A DNA stretch of 63,888 nt, the filler included, from Octopus bimaculoides (lineage: Eukaryota): assembly GCF_001194135.2 (NCBI RefSeq). It is 7 parts of 6 records of this genome, joined end to end, with 100 filler letters (N's around TTAATTAATTAA, not from the genome) between each part and the next. Parts side by side here need not be neighbours in the genome. Positions count along the whole stretch, not along the records: positions 1 to 16,388 come from NC_068981.1; 6 more parts are not named here. The stretch is one strand, 5' to 3'. Under the pieces are notes generated by a model. That model did no database searches. It saw nothing but the letters and a program-made list of their open reading frames with translations, and had not been told where the DNA came from. This document shows positions 1-12,239 of the stretch, piece by piece. Position numbers and translations under genes: made by a program. Numbering within the stretch: position 1 is the stretch's first letter; every line of letters begins with the position of its first letter.

Positions 1-345
1 TGGGAATGACAGCGAAACGGGCTGATTACTACCTAGCTCAGATACCAGGAAACCCCAAAATGGCTGAAGTTCAAAAGATAGTGCTCATGGGAACTGCCCA
101 TATCCTACGTAAAATACTGTCTATGTGATCTCAGATTTTAAAGCAAACACATAATTTTCTTATGGTTTCTTAAACATTCACTTGAACAAAACTGTACAAA
201 TCCAAATATATGGTACCCTAGGTATAACACCTACATGAACTTCTAACTTGTTGTCTCTTGAGGTCTCTGGGTGAGACTTGGATCCAACTTGTACAAATGC
301 AAAACAAAAGTCAAACATAAAATAATAATAATAATAATGATAATG
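1..345 (+). mobile_element. 3' end of R4/Dong-like RLE non-LTR retrotransposon (C-terminus, 3'UTR, (AAT)n tail)
   Basis: Frame from nt 3 reads GMTAKRADYYLAQIPGNPKMAEVQKIVLMGTAHILRKILSM* (TGA 126-128), the typical end of an RLE domain. The start matches the sequence at 20702-20724, and an (AAT)n/(GAT)n tail follows from ~320. Confidence 0.8.
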
Positions 346-1637
346 ATGAAGATTATGATGATGATGAAACCCCCATCATCAGTAATAATAACAGTTTACT
401 GCGATGTATAATATAATTTTACTTTCTTCCCCACAGAAGTCATAAATATGGACCTAGAACAGCAAATAAAAAAAAACAAGAAAAATAAAAACAAGAAAAC
501 ACAGAATCAAATCAGCACACCTACTTAATACTCACCATCTAAAACAGAATAACAGCTACAACAACGAAAATGTGAGCATTTGAGAAAGATTTAAGAGAAG
601 ACATTTTTATTATGAAAAGCATCTAAAAATGGAAACAGTTAAAGAATTAAGATCGATATATATTTCTATAGAGCAACAGAAGCACCCTGCAAAGATAAAA
701 CTTAGCGATAAAATGGAAACAACAATGAAAAAGCGAAAACTATCCATTGTAGACTTACTGGAAACTGATGCAACATCATTATCACCAGCATAAATTAAAT
801 ATCATGTAGCAACTATGATAGTATAGGAACATTGAAATCCAAATAGATAAAATGGAGCAAAACATGAAAAACAAAATATGGAAAATAAAAGAAAAATATT
901 TCTCGAACCTTAATAAAATCAGCGATAGAGAATGCAAATGAAAAATAGTAAAATGTGAGACAGAACAACAGAAAAATCCAGCATAGCAAAAACAAAAGTT
1001 TGTCATTATGAAAAGTGACAATATTTCCTTGAACAAAGCAAACAGCTGCACTCCCTCCCCACATATTGTTTTTTATCGAGCTCTAGATAAACGCATAACA
1101 AAAACGATTGCAGATCAAGTGAANNNNNNNNNNAATGGGAACGTGAAACTCCGAGTAACAGTCTTTTTTTTATATTTCTGCTGCTTTTAAATAAAGCATA
1201 TTACTCTACCTCTGGTATTTGAGTACTCCTTTTTTCCACCTTGTTGCACATTTTATGTGCTTACTCAGGTATATATATATATATATATATATATACGGTG
1301 GATTACTTAAGACTTGGCTCTTATTTCTAGCAGGTAGATGCTCATTAAGCTTCATTACGATATTTCATAGCTCCCTAAAGCTATCATAACTGCGTTCCAC
1401 CAATGCTACTACTGGTGATATCATCAAATTTTGAATTTATCCACAGATGATATGAACAGTAGTGACATCTAACTTCAAATCTCAGTGTTTGAATATTTCA
1501 TTTAAATATATATATATGCTCTCTAAAAATCACCCTAATACCTTCACCCCAGCAATAATGTGTAAGCTTTATAAAATCTGTCAACTTTGAATTCCACAAC
1601 ATCAGCATAGCAAATGTACACTTATCAGTTAGAAACT

Positions 1638-1727
1638 TCCTTGAAGAAGGAGGGAGTGGTATGAATTAATGGACCTTAAAATCTATTATATCTTTGGAAC
1701 ACTATGCCCCCAGAAACGGCCGTCGGA
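1638..1727 (+). ncRNA. Decayed or variant type-I hammerhead ribozyme-like motif
   Basis: TCC-TTGAAGA-AGG...CCA-GAAA-CGGCCG-T-C-GGA: palindromic stem III (ACGGCCGT), GUC triplet, 3-bp stem I. Core C3 is replaced by U and the first stem II pair is A x A. Confidence 0.4.
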
Positions 1728-2044
1728 CCTTAAGGACTTATAACCTTTCACATTCAACACTGACTTTGTACTCCACCCATTCTATTTGCATAATTTGTGA
1801 TATCGTTTTTATTGTAGGTAAGGCTACATATTTGTATAATCTTAATAAATTATTAGTGTATTTGTATTGATATATTTATAAATTTTAATGTATTTTTAAT
1901 GTATTTATATATCTATATATATTTATTGTATGATTTTGTTATATTTCTTATTTTTCCTATGGCTCAATCGTCTTGAGTGCTTCGGTGTGTCCTCTATATA
2001 TAGAGAAAATTTATCTCTAAAAAATAAATTATATATATTTATTA

Positions 2045-2046
<2 letters not shown>

Positions 2047-2111
<65 letters not shown>
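2047..2111. repeat. (TA)n microsatellite
   Basis: Directly visible. Confidence 0.95.
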
Positions 2112-2115
<4 letters not shown>

Positions 2116-2795
2116 TAAATCTCAGCGTAGCAAAAAAATTTTAGAAATTCTATTTGCTACCAGTGGTCTAGCAAGAAGAAAAAAACTAGTCAATAGACTG
2201 TATATTATTCATATAAATACAGTGTACATTTAAACACATCATAGAGATGTCCATAATAGGACATCTAACCCGTTATGATGTGTTTAAATGTACACTGTAT
2301 TTATATGAATAATATATAGTCTATTGACTAGTTTTTTTTTCTTCTCGCTAGACCACTGATAGCAAATAGAATTTCTAAAACTTTTTTGCTACCCTGAGAT
2401 TTATTAATAATGATAAAATGTTTTTTGGGCTAATTTCTGGAAGAAAATCGGCATTTTGTTTTGTATTTGCAGCCGATAAGAAAAACCGCACATGCGCAGT
2501 AGATATGAAGAATTATAACATATAAGCACGAGGCATGTTTCTATGTAGTGCCTCGTATTTATATGTTAATCTTGGCTTTTCCGCTGATGAGAGCTGGTTT
2601 TGCAAAATATTATTTTATTTTGCTAAAACAGCTTGAAACCATGGTTCAGAAAATAGATGGTAAATGTTTTTATTTTTCATTCCTTTCGAAATTATCCCTA
2701 ATTGTGGATTGGAGTTTTGACTGCTCCTTCTAGTGGGTTAGATGTCCTATTATGAACATCTCTATGATGTGTTTAAATGTACACTGTATTTATAT
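2110..2795 (+). mobile_element. Hammerhead-containing PLE pLTR or retrozyme-like unit with inverted 5' copy
   Basis: Inverted arms at 2110-2243 and 2274-2409. 2735-2795 is the reverse complement of 2211-2271 (1 mismatch) and restarts the unit (period ~489 nt). Hammerhead at 2577-2653. Confidence 0.6.
2577..2653 (+). ncRNA. Type-I hammerhead ribozyme (minimal palindromic stem III, extended stem II)
   Basis: TTTTCCG/CAGAAAA stem I (6/7 pairs), core CTGATGA 2584-2590, stem II GAGCTG/CAGCTT extended by TTTT-GCAAAATA/TATTTTGC-AAAA, GAAA 2635-2638, stem III ACC-AT-GGT, GUU triplet (cleavage after 2646). Confidence 0.7.
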
Positions 2796-3829
2796 ATAGT
2801 TAAAGGCCTAAATGGCTTGAGATACATATTCTTACTGATCAACAAATTCATAACAAAGAAAGAGCCTAATTATGGCAATGGAGGGGATATCAGCAGAGTC
2901 GTGCTTGTTGGTTTGAAGGGATCGAAGCTTTTGTACTGTGCTTGTGAGTTTGGCAAAGTGGAGTAGGGAAGTGTCGGATGAGTTTACGGAGTATGTCCAA
3001 AGACGATTTGGAGGCAAAGCGAGCAGAAACGGAGGTAACCTTTTCTAGTGATTACTACTATAAGATCCATCATATTTAACGAACCTGGGATAGGAGTATT
3101 CCTCAACATTGGGAGTGAGAAGGAACTAGTTTAGTCTCAGAGGCGCTTCCAACTGTGACACGTGCTACTTATGGTGGCTTTCGTGTTAAAGCCGTACAGA
3201 CTGTTGTAGTGGCTAAGTTTTCCAGGTACTGACCACCGTGTTATTTTCTGTTCTGTTAATCCGCAGGTACAAGTGAACCAAGTTGGGAATTTTCGGGTTA
3301 TTAGTATGAGCTATGTGAAAGATATAGAGGAACAAAGCAAATATGGTAGCTCTAGATACATGCTGAACTACCCCAGATTAGTTAAGTGTGAAGCACTTGT
3401 ACTTATTGAGATAAAAAATGTAGTACAAGCAGAAGCTCGCTCAGTAATTTAATTTGAAATGAGAAAATTTCCGGATTTTGGCATTGCATAGTATGTGAAT
3501 TTGTGGCGTGCAGTCTAACGATCCGAAAGGTGCAGATACGGTCTTCATTGGATGAAAGACAGATTTGGCACTTTGGATAAATGCAAAAATAGGCCATAAG
3601 TAAAAATATGTATCGGTGCGCTAGCTTTTCCAGTAGTAAGTAGTATACATATTTCAGCTAGAATCTAAATGAATTAGCAAAAATAGATAAAGGGAAGAAA
3701 GAAAGAAGGTACATGCTGTGTTAGAAACGCCACCCAGTTTACCTCGATTACGTTTAGAAAACTATTATAAAATAAATCTCTACGTCAAATCTATTGGAAT
3801 ATTTAGTAAAGAATAATTAGAACTTAATA

Positions 3830-4935
3830 AAAGCAGCTACAAATCATAAGCAAACAAAAAACCGCTTTCTTTGATCAGTTAAGCTAACATTCAAACAAAC
3901 AAAAATTAAAAAGAGAAACTAAAATAACATACTGTTGTGAAAGGACAGAGTGACCAAAGGAACTTTTAAATTATTAAGGGTCAATTAAAAACATGTGTAA
4001 AAATTGTCATGTAAATGCTGCGATGAGTCAATAACTTGCAAGACTGAATAAAAACAAAGAAAACTGAGTAGCAAATGAATCAAAGCTAAGACCGAAGTGT
4101 ATTTAATTGTGAATCAAGTCCTCCAGTAATTATCAAAAACAAACGTTAAATGAAACATATGCAATTCCATCTAGTGATGGCAATTAACACAAGGGTTATA
4201 ATCGTCACTTCACAACATAAGACGGGATTAAAAATGTGAATTTGAGGTTAAGGAATTACAAGGAAAGAGATGTATGGAATTCACATAAAATTAATTCAAT
4301 TTTTATATAGTTATTATGAAGTTTTTTCAATTTCTAATTGATGGTTAAATAACTATTATGAAAATTAGCCAAAGTATGGATCGTAAAACAAACTACCACA
4401 ACTTCTGGCAGCTCAGTCTTCACCAAAACATAATATATAGAGAGGAATTATAAATTTGGAGATATATTGCATTGGAAACAATGACACATTCAGGAAATGC
4501 CTACATAAAAAGAAATAATGTCTGTACAATCATATCTCACAAAAGTCACTAAACTCTACGATATGAAAGACTTCATACAGACAAACAGATTAAGGAAGAA
4601 ACCTTTCAGATATTATTGCCAGTGATTTTCAGGAAAAGAGATGTCTTCTAATCCATATATCATTTCTAAGGGACGTTAATGTATCTCTAAAAGAAATGGT
4701 GAGGGTATTTAAGTTTAAGATGTAGAAATAGAGATAACCCGAATGTGGAAATGGAAAACAGAAACAATCCTCCTGATAATGGCTGCCTCGGGAATGATAA
4801 CAAAAAGTTATTTACAGATACATAATCATAACAGCAACACTTGCATGCATACACAATATTCAGAAAACACTTGCACGTACCAATGGCGCACAAATTTCTG
4901 GTTGTTTGTGCAGCTAAAATATCCAATAATAACAA
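3830..4935 (+). mobile_element. Highly degraded R4/Dong-like RLE LINE fragment
   Basis: Frameshifted remnants HTDKQIK..DIIASDFQEKRCLLIHISFLRDVNVSLKEM and ITRMWKWKTETILLIMAASGMITK, homologous to the cleaner copy at 20477. Followed by AAT/AAC repeats. Confidence 0.6.
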
Positions 4936-5109
4936 GATTAATGAAACCAGAATACAACAGCGGCGGCAGCTACAGCAGCAGCAATGGCAATTACAACAGC
5001 GACGACAACAACAACAACGAAATGATGATGATATTATTGCTGATAAACTTTACTTTTATTTGCCTCAAGGGCAGCAATCACGTATTCATTGTAATAATAT
5101 ACAAGCCTT

Positions 5110-5167
5110 TTAACAACAGCTACTACAACAACAACAATGTTGATGATGATGATAATGAAGATGCTGA

Positions 5168-5258
<91 letters not shown>

Positions 5259-5259
5259 A

Positions 5260-5352
<93 letters not shown>
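5110..5352. repeat. Compound trinucleotide microsatellite (CAA)(GAT)(GCT)n(GAT)n(AAT/GAT)n
   Basis: Directly visible; explains the homopolymer-rich ORFs in the track. Confidence 0.95.
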
Positions 5353-5355
<3 letters not shown>

Positions 5356-6145
5356 TATTTTGTTCAACGTTATTCATTTCCGGTAAAAGTTAATTGAAAA
5401 TATTTTGTATTGGTAAGGAAATAACCTTGAGTGTGGCAAAGTGTCATCATATTTAGTTTCTGGCAAAGGATTAAAGCATCTCTTCATATGTAGCACGAGT
5501 GATCTTTAGGATTCCTTCTTTAAATAGTTATTTTGATAACCATTACATCATCTGCTTGCCACCAGAATGGCCCGTCCTATTTCTCTCTTTATTTATTTTT
5601 TTCAGAACGATCATCTCACTCAATACACGCGCTCACATACGCAGTCGAGCACAGACTTGCATACACAGAAGCACACACAAACACACATATACACACCGTC
5701 TCTTCCTGTCTCTTCCTCTCTCTCACGTGAAGGAAAAAAAACCAGAATTTTTTAGCATCATTTAATTAACACGGGCATTAAAATAATAAATGACTTTTGA
5801 AAATAACGAATAACATTAATCATGTTCTTTGCTTTTCTGTTGAGAATTCTAAGATTAGAAACTGAAGTCTTTGAAGTTGAGCGTCATCCTATTATATTTT
5901 AGGGATTAAAAAAAATTAATAGTGGATATTTTTAAAATGTTTTTGAAACGGAGCCTTTAAAAAATATTAGAACATATCGATACAAAAATAAATAAAAAAT
6001 GTAAATGTTATGTAGAAAACGTTAAATGTAAAGAAAAATTAGGGCATTCTTAATATAGTATCATATTTTCGAAGTATTTCTGTGGACAATATGAATTATA
6101 CAAATTATTTGTAAGAATTCAATAACTATAGAAGATGTTCGTGGA

Positions 6146-6361
6146 ATGGGGGTGCTGAAAAGTTCCTGGCTTTAAGGGTATCGCGAAAGGCCTGGTTAGA
6201 GGCCCAAGCTTCTGAGTTCTTTTACAGGACTTAAGAAAAAATGAAAGACCACTGCAATAAGTAAGTGAATCTGAGAGGGGAATACATTGATTAAAATCAT
6301 AATTAATTGATCCTCCTGTATTTTTTCTTTTATTCAAAGCCAGGAATAATTAGAACCTTCG
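6146..6361 (+). mobile_element. Mariner-derived MITE
   Basis: Ends GGGGGTGCTGAAAAGTTCCTGGCTTT / AAAGCCAGGAA...CCTTCG-TA. The interior encodes KDHCNK*VNLRGEYID*, resembling a mariner transposase C-terminus. Confidence 0.65.
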
Positions 6362-6401
6362 TAAGTTGGGTCTAATTTATTTTTACATGTACACCTCCCT
6401 T

Positions 6402-6402
6402 T

Positions 6403-6489
<87 letters not shown>

Positions 6490-6490
6490 C
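6402..6490. repeat. (CTTT)n microsatellite
   Basis: Directly visible. Confidence 0.95.
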
Positions 6491-8380
6491 TTAGTCTCTT
6501 TTATATATATAAACGTGCGTGTTCATATACGTGTGTGCGTGTGTATATATGTGTCGGTATATATCCAATTTCAAGCTGTTATTTCGTGCAACAAATATGG
6601 GTATAATTTCATGAAAAATTAAATTTATCATAAAACTGATAATTCACATTAATATGAAAGTCACGTTAAGCCCCTGCCTCCACAAACAAAAAACACGCAC
6701 ACACAAACAAATACACTAAAAACGAAAATTATCTTGTATTTCTGCTATCCAATATCATGAACTTGGATATTCAGGTTATATATTCAAGCTAATAGCCCGT
6801 TCACTATGATCCGATAATGCAATTAACCAATCGCGTTTCCCGAATTAAATAGTTGAAGACCAAGATGTCGGTTAACATGGTTTTAACGAAATAGACCAGT
6901 AAAGGCTGTCCTATTTCGTTTAATTTTTACGTAATACTGACTCTCCTTAAGCCGAAAGCAATTTTATATTTCATAGTAAGAATTGGGAATAATTTGTCGA
7001 CTTTTCTGAAACGTTTTTATTCCATTGTAAAGAAAGAGAGCTTGTCACCAAAACTGCCATGTTGCAAATCGATTTTCTTTATATGAAATCATGCATTACT
7101 ATACAGCCAGCAAGTACCAAAGCCAGATCTTTGTAGCGATTGCCGGTGCTTCTGTAACATCAGCAAAATAATGAGAAAAGAGTGAAACTTCAGCTCCAAT
7201 TGGTTGCAAACACAAAATATATTCTTTTAAAATTGATCATGAACATAAATTTACTTACAGTACACAATGCTATAAACTTGTTATGTATGGTATTCTGATT
7301 ACTGCTGCACAGGTTGGGCTCTCAGTTATCTTTGCATGTTGACTTTCAATGACTTAAATTTCAGCATAAACTTCGAAGTAAAGGTGCTTTTCTGTGTAAA
7401 ATAAATATGATGCAATTGCAAAGTATATAAAAACAAAAACTAAGCAAAACAATTGGAAGAATGTGATTTGCCAGTTTTTCATGTTAAAACAAACCCAAAG
7501 TTTTATCTATTTTTTTCTTATAAATATAGAAGCTGGATATTTTATTGTTTACCTGAGTTTAAATTTCTGGTACATTTGATTAGAGTTGTTTGCTTTCTCT
7601 TTCTCCTGATAGAAACATAGTTTCCTCATAACACTGCTTTTTGTAAAATATCTTTTGTAAAGTGTGCAAAAAAAAAAAAAAATGAATTGCTGATATAAAC
7701 CGAAATTGGAGGCGCAAAGCTACGATGGTGGAAAAGTTACATAAATTGAATACTTTTGGACTAAATAATTTTGTTCGTCAACTAATCCGGGGGCATGACT
7801 GAATTACCAATATCATTAACCTTTGTCGTTGGGTAATTGAAACGAAAATGTCTGTGTTATATCAAAAGTTCTTCAGTCAGTTACGCATTTTAATGCATTC
7901 GCTCAGGTCCCACAGAGGTCAATATGGCATTTTACAATTTTGTGATCGCTAACGTACGAACGAAAGACGTACTGGTGCCAAAGTTAAGAAAAATAATATC
8001 ATGTTTAGTAAATAACGCATTGGTCTTAAATTTTAAGTTTTCATTAGGTGTCAATATATTCAATAACAAACATATAGATTTTGTTATAGATATATACAGT
8101 ATACGACATATTCACATGCACTCTCTCGCATACACACAAACACACACATACGGAATCGAATATAATAGCAGACACATACATATATGTATGTGCAGATACA
8201 GTTATAAGGTATTCTGATAAATGTATACTTGAGAAATACAAGCAGAGCAAATTCATATCGTCTTATTTTTTCCTTACTGTTTTCACATGTTAGATACAAC
8301 CATACTGGAGTACCACATTCAAGATTTGTTTTTTATTCGACCACATTAACTCCGTAGATTGTCTCCTATGCATTTATATA

Positions 8381-8460
8381 CATAGGCACAGGTGTGGCTG
8401 TATGGTAAGAAGTTTGATTCCCAACCACATGGTTGCAAGTTCAGTCCCATTGCGTAGCAA
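8381..8460 (+). mobile_element. SINE family A, 5' tRNA-like head fragment
   Basis: AGGCACAGGTGTGGCTGTATGGTAAG...CAAGTTCAGTCCC matches the head of the full copy at 22885. Confidence 0.75.
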
Positions 8461-8639
8461 GTAAGAAAACGGAGAGAATATAAAGTCGATAGACATCAAC
8501 CAGTTAACATTAAAGTGTGTCTATTTATTCAATTGTATTGAATGATTACACACACATGTATGAGTGATACAGATTAACTAGTGGAAAAAAGCTGGTAAGT
8601 GCATAGACAAAGATATGAATATAAACAAGTATATAGGAA

Positions 8640-10660
8640 CAAATGAGCAAAAATATAAATGGGTGTGCAGGTATTCGTTCCTTACGGCCGTTTCTGCCAA
8701 GAGGCAACGAAATCTTTCAGGTTATCTTCATCACTTCAATGTTATGCGAGGATGAACAGACAAGGCTTTGATAATAGATGTGACCCTAGGCTTCTTCAGA
8801 GGGTCTAAGTAGTTGAGGTGGGGGCTAACACATATAAAAGTCAGTTAAGAATAGATAAGGTGTGCTTATGCTTTCAGATAGAGTAAAAATAAGAATATAT
8901 ATATATATATATATGAATATGTATAAGTACGATTTTAAACATCAATTAATAACAACAACAGCAACATCAACAATAATATAAGGGTGCTCTTGTTACTTTT
9001 AGTTTATGGGGCTATCTATCGAAAGAGTGACCAATACTAGTGGATAGTATTTTCATTATAATATATATATATATATTTAGGGTGTATGTTTAATCAGCGA
9101 GTATTTTAATATGAGAAAGGGTGGGTTGGGAATCTTTAGGCTGACGAGAAACAAATGAAAGATTCATAAACAGGGACAGAAACAAAAAAGGAGCAGAATG
9201 GACAAGTGCTAATTGTTTGCATGGCCGTTGGATATCTAGGTGTTGTGCTTACCTGTAGATATTCAATGCTAAAACGTATACTAATATGATACAGAATATT
9301 AAATATTCAAGGAGTGGCAATGCATTAGAGTACTGAATACGGGTTTTTGTAAGTGAGCTCTAATTGAAAGCGCTGACATGGATGTATGTACTTTGGGGAC
9401 GTTCAAATGTGTTATTTGAGTATAACTGAAGTGTGTGTGGAGGGGAACCTGTGCATTTTAATTAATTTAATAGTATTATACTGCTCTATTTTGGTCATAG
9501 GGAAGGGGTTAATATACAGGTATGAACTAGGGACTGTAAGCATCTATGGGTTTCGATGTATCAGGTAATTGAGGTGTAATATATTATCCGATGGTTCATA
9601 AGGGTTTATATTTGTAACTGTAGTTGGAGGTTATAACGGCTATAGAGAGGATAGTGTGGTAGACTATTAAGGTTAGTGTTTAGGTGCATTATATTGGATA
9701 GGTACTATCCCTGAGTTGGTTTCTCAACCTCTAACTTACTAACTCACACAGAAATATATATATATATATATANNNNNNNNNNNNNNNNNNNNNNNNNNNN
9801 NNNNNNNNNNNNNNNNNNNNNNNNNNNNNNNNNNNNNNNNNNNNNNNNNNNNNNNNNNNNNNNNNNNNNNNNNNNNNNNNNNNNNNNNNNNNNNNNNNNN
9901 NNNNNNNNNNNNNNNNNNNNNNNNNNNNNNNNNNNNNNNNNNNNNNNNNNNNNNNNNNNNNNNNNNNNNNNNNNNNNNNNNNNNNNNNNNNNNNNNNNNN
10001 NNNNNNNNNNNNNNNNNNNNNNNNNNNNNNNNNNNNNNNNNNNNNNNNNNNNNNNNNNNNNNNNNNNNNNNNNNNNNNNNNNNNNNNNNNNNNNNNNNNN
10101 NNNNNNNNNNNNNNNNNNNNNNNNNNNNNNNNNNNNNNNNNNNNNNNNNNNNNNNNNNNNNNNNNNNTAATTAGTCATTTACGCACGTTTCAATTTGCCA
10201 AATGGTTTGGCAGATCTCTTCAGAATGTTGAGGAGTATGTTAAGAGTTCATGGTGTGAGAGATGTAGGAGAAGCAATTAGTGGATATATTAATGTATATG
10301 GTGGTATAATAATAGCGTTAGGTAAAGAAAGCCTTACGTTTTAGTTGAAGTTGTGTTGGTCTTCCTGTAGGGGATGTAGGATGGGTGCTATTTAAGCTCA
10401 TAATTCCGATTTTAATCAAATGCATTTCCATGTGATGTTATGATTGAGGAATGCGTCGTATATTTTTAGCACCGGCGGTGTTAGTAAAGGGGAGCAACCC
10501 TAAATTTAGGTGAAAAGGAGGCTAACTTTGGTCTTATTACTATTTAATTATAATTAATTATACTTAGAAAAGGAAAATAACCTCCACAATGACTCATTAC
10601 ATAACCTCCACATAATAAAACAATGGCTAACTAGCCCAACCGAATTGCTTGTATTTGTTG
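8640..10660 (-). mobile_element. Degraded Penelope-like element (RT/thumb remnants, hammerhead-like 3' end), interrupted by a gap
   Basis: Minus-strand remnants HPTSPTGRP (cf. HKPxxPGRP) and STYIHVSAF..TKTRIQYSNAL (cf. YLHxxSxHPxxTKxxIPYSQxL). Hammerhead-like motif at 8680-8803. Many stops. Confidence 0.5.
8680..8803 (-). ncRNA. Variant type-I hammerhead ribozyme-like motif
   Basis: Minus strand: CCT-CTGAAGA-AGCCTAGGG...CTCTTGGCA-GAAA-CGGCCG-T-A-AGG. Intact core, palindromic stem III, GUA triplet, 3-bp stem I, A x A at the first stem II pair. Confidence 0.45.
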
Positions 10661-11122
10661 CTCCATTTTCCACATATATATATATATATATATATACATA
10701 TGATTGGGATATCGAAGATTTTGGAGATCAAGTATGTTCTGTCCGGTTAGAATTGATCTTTAGAAGGACAGCAGAGCAATGACTCATGAACTGGAATTGG
10801 AAATGGAAACTGCTTTATCATGGCTATGACAGGCGGATGTGTGAGGAAGCCCTGAGCTTAGAGCAGAGAAGGCCTTCGCGAGTGTTACATCTCAGTAGTT
10901 CCTGCATGGTGTAATTGGTTAATGCAGTTGTCAAGATCGAGCAGATGATCGCATGGATGATGAGATACATTGTGGTGCAATATAAGCCGGATACTTTCTT
11001 GAAGCATAATTGCCGCTAACTTAAACTGGAAGGAGAGATTCTGTCGGAAGGTACCGAAATCAGTGACTTTTAGTTGACAACCGATACAGGGAATTTCTCT
11101 CAGTCTACGCTGTATGTAATAA

Positions 11123-11193
<71 letters not shown>

Positions 11194-12115
11194 NNNNNNN
11201 NNNNNNNNNNNNNNNNNNNNNNNNNNNNNNNNNNNNNNNNNNNNNNNNNNNNNNNNNNNNNNNNNNNNNNNNNNNNNNNNNNNNNNNNNNNNNNNNNNNN
11301 NNNNNNNNNNNNNNNNNNNNNNNNNNNNNNNNNNNNNNNNNNNNNNNNNNNNNNNNNNNNNNNNNNNNNNNNNNNNNNNNNNNNNNNNNNNNNNNNNNNN
11401 NNNNNNNNNNNNNNNNNNNNNNNNNNNNNNNNNNNNNNNNNNNNNNNNNNNNNNNNNNNNNNNNNNNNNNNNNNNNNNNNNNNNNNNNNNNNNNNNNNNN
11501 NNNNNNNNNNNNNNNNNNNNNNNNNNNNNNNNNNNNNNNNNNNNNNNNNNNNNNNNNNNNNNNNNNNNNNNNNNNNNNNNNNNNNNNNNNNNNNNNNNNN
11601 NNNNNNNNNNNNNNNNNNNNNNNNNNNNNNNNNNNNNNNNNNNNNNNNNNNNNNNNNNNNNNNNNNNNNNNNNNNNNNNNNNNNNNNNNNNNNNNNNNNN
11701 NNNNNNNNNNNNNNNNNNNNNNNNNNNNNNNNNNNNNNNNNNNNNNNNNNNNNNNNNNNNNNNNNNNNNNNNNNNNNNNNNNNNNNNNNNNNNNNNNNNN
11801 NNNNNNNNNNNNNNNNNNNNNNNNNNNNNNNNNNNNNNNNNNNNNNNNNNNNNNNNNNNNNNNNNNNNNNNNNNNNNNNNNNNNNNNNNNACATGCATCT
11901 ATACATAGACATCACAATGATAAATACATAGAAATACGCAACCACACAAACATCGAAGCAACTCACACCTACTTCTCACCTCCACGAGCACACAAAGCAT
12001 GTACACACTTGTTACGCGTATATGTATAAGCATATATCTATCTTGATGTATAGGTATATATAGCTATATACTAATGTGTATGTATATATATGCTTGTTTG
12101 ACTGTATAATGGAAA

Positions 12116-12116
<1 letters not shown>

Positions 12117-12166
<50 letters not shown>

Positions 12167-12175
12167 CCTGTCAAC

Positions 12176-12239
<64 letters not shown>
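12117..12239. repeat. (CTAT)n microsatellite
   Basis: Directly visible. Confidence 0.95.

Noticed and set aside
420-1190. A-rich coding-like stretch
   Set aside because: Frames are broken and no motif was recognised; probably a retroelement relic but not supportable.
4743-5397. 216-aa and overlapping homopolymer-rich ORFs
   Set aside because: LINE remnant followed by trinucleotide microsatellites.
7790-7850. CTGA-ATTACC...GGTAATT-GAAAC hammerhead-like stem
   Set aside because: The NGA part of the core is missing and there is no stem I or III.
9253-9359. Apparent minus-strand exon (tag|...CAG|gtaagc) encoding a hydrophobic stretch
   Set aside because: It is collinear with Penelope RT thumb motifs on both sides, so it is better explained as PLE decay.
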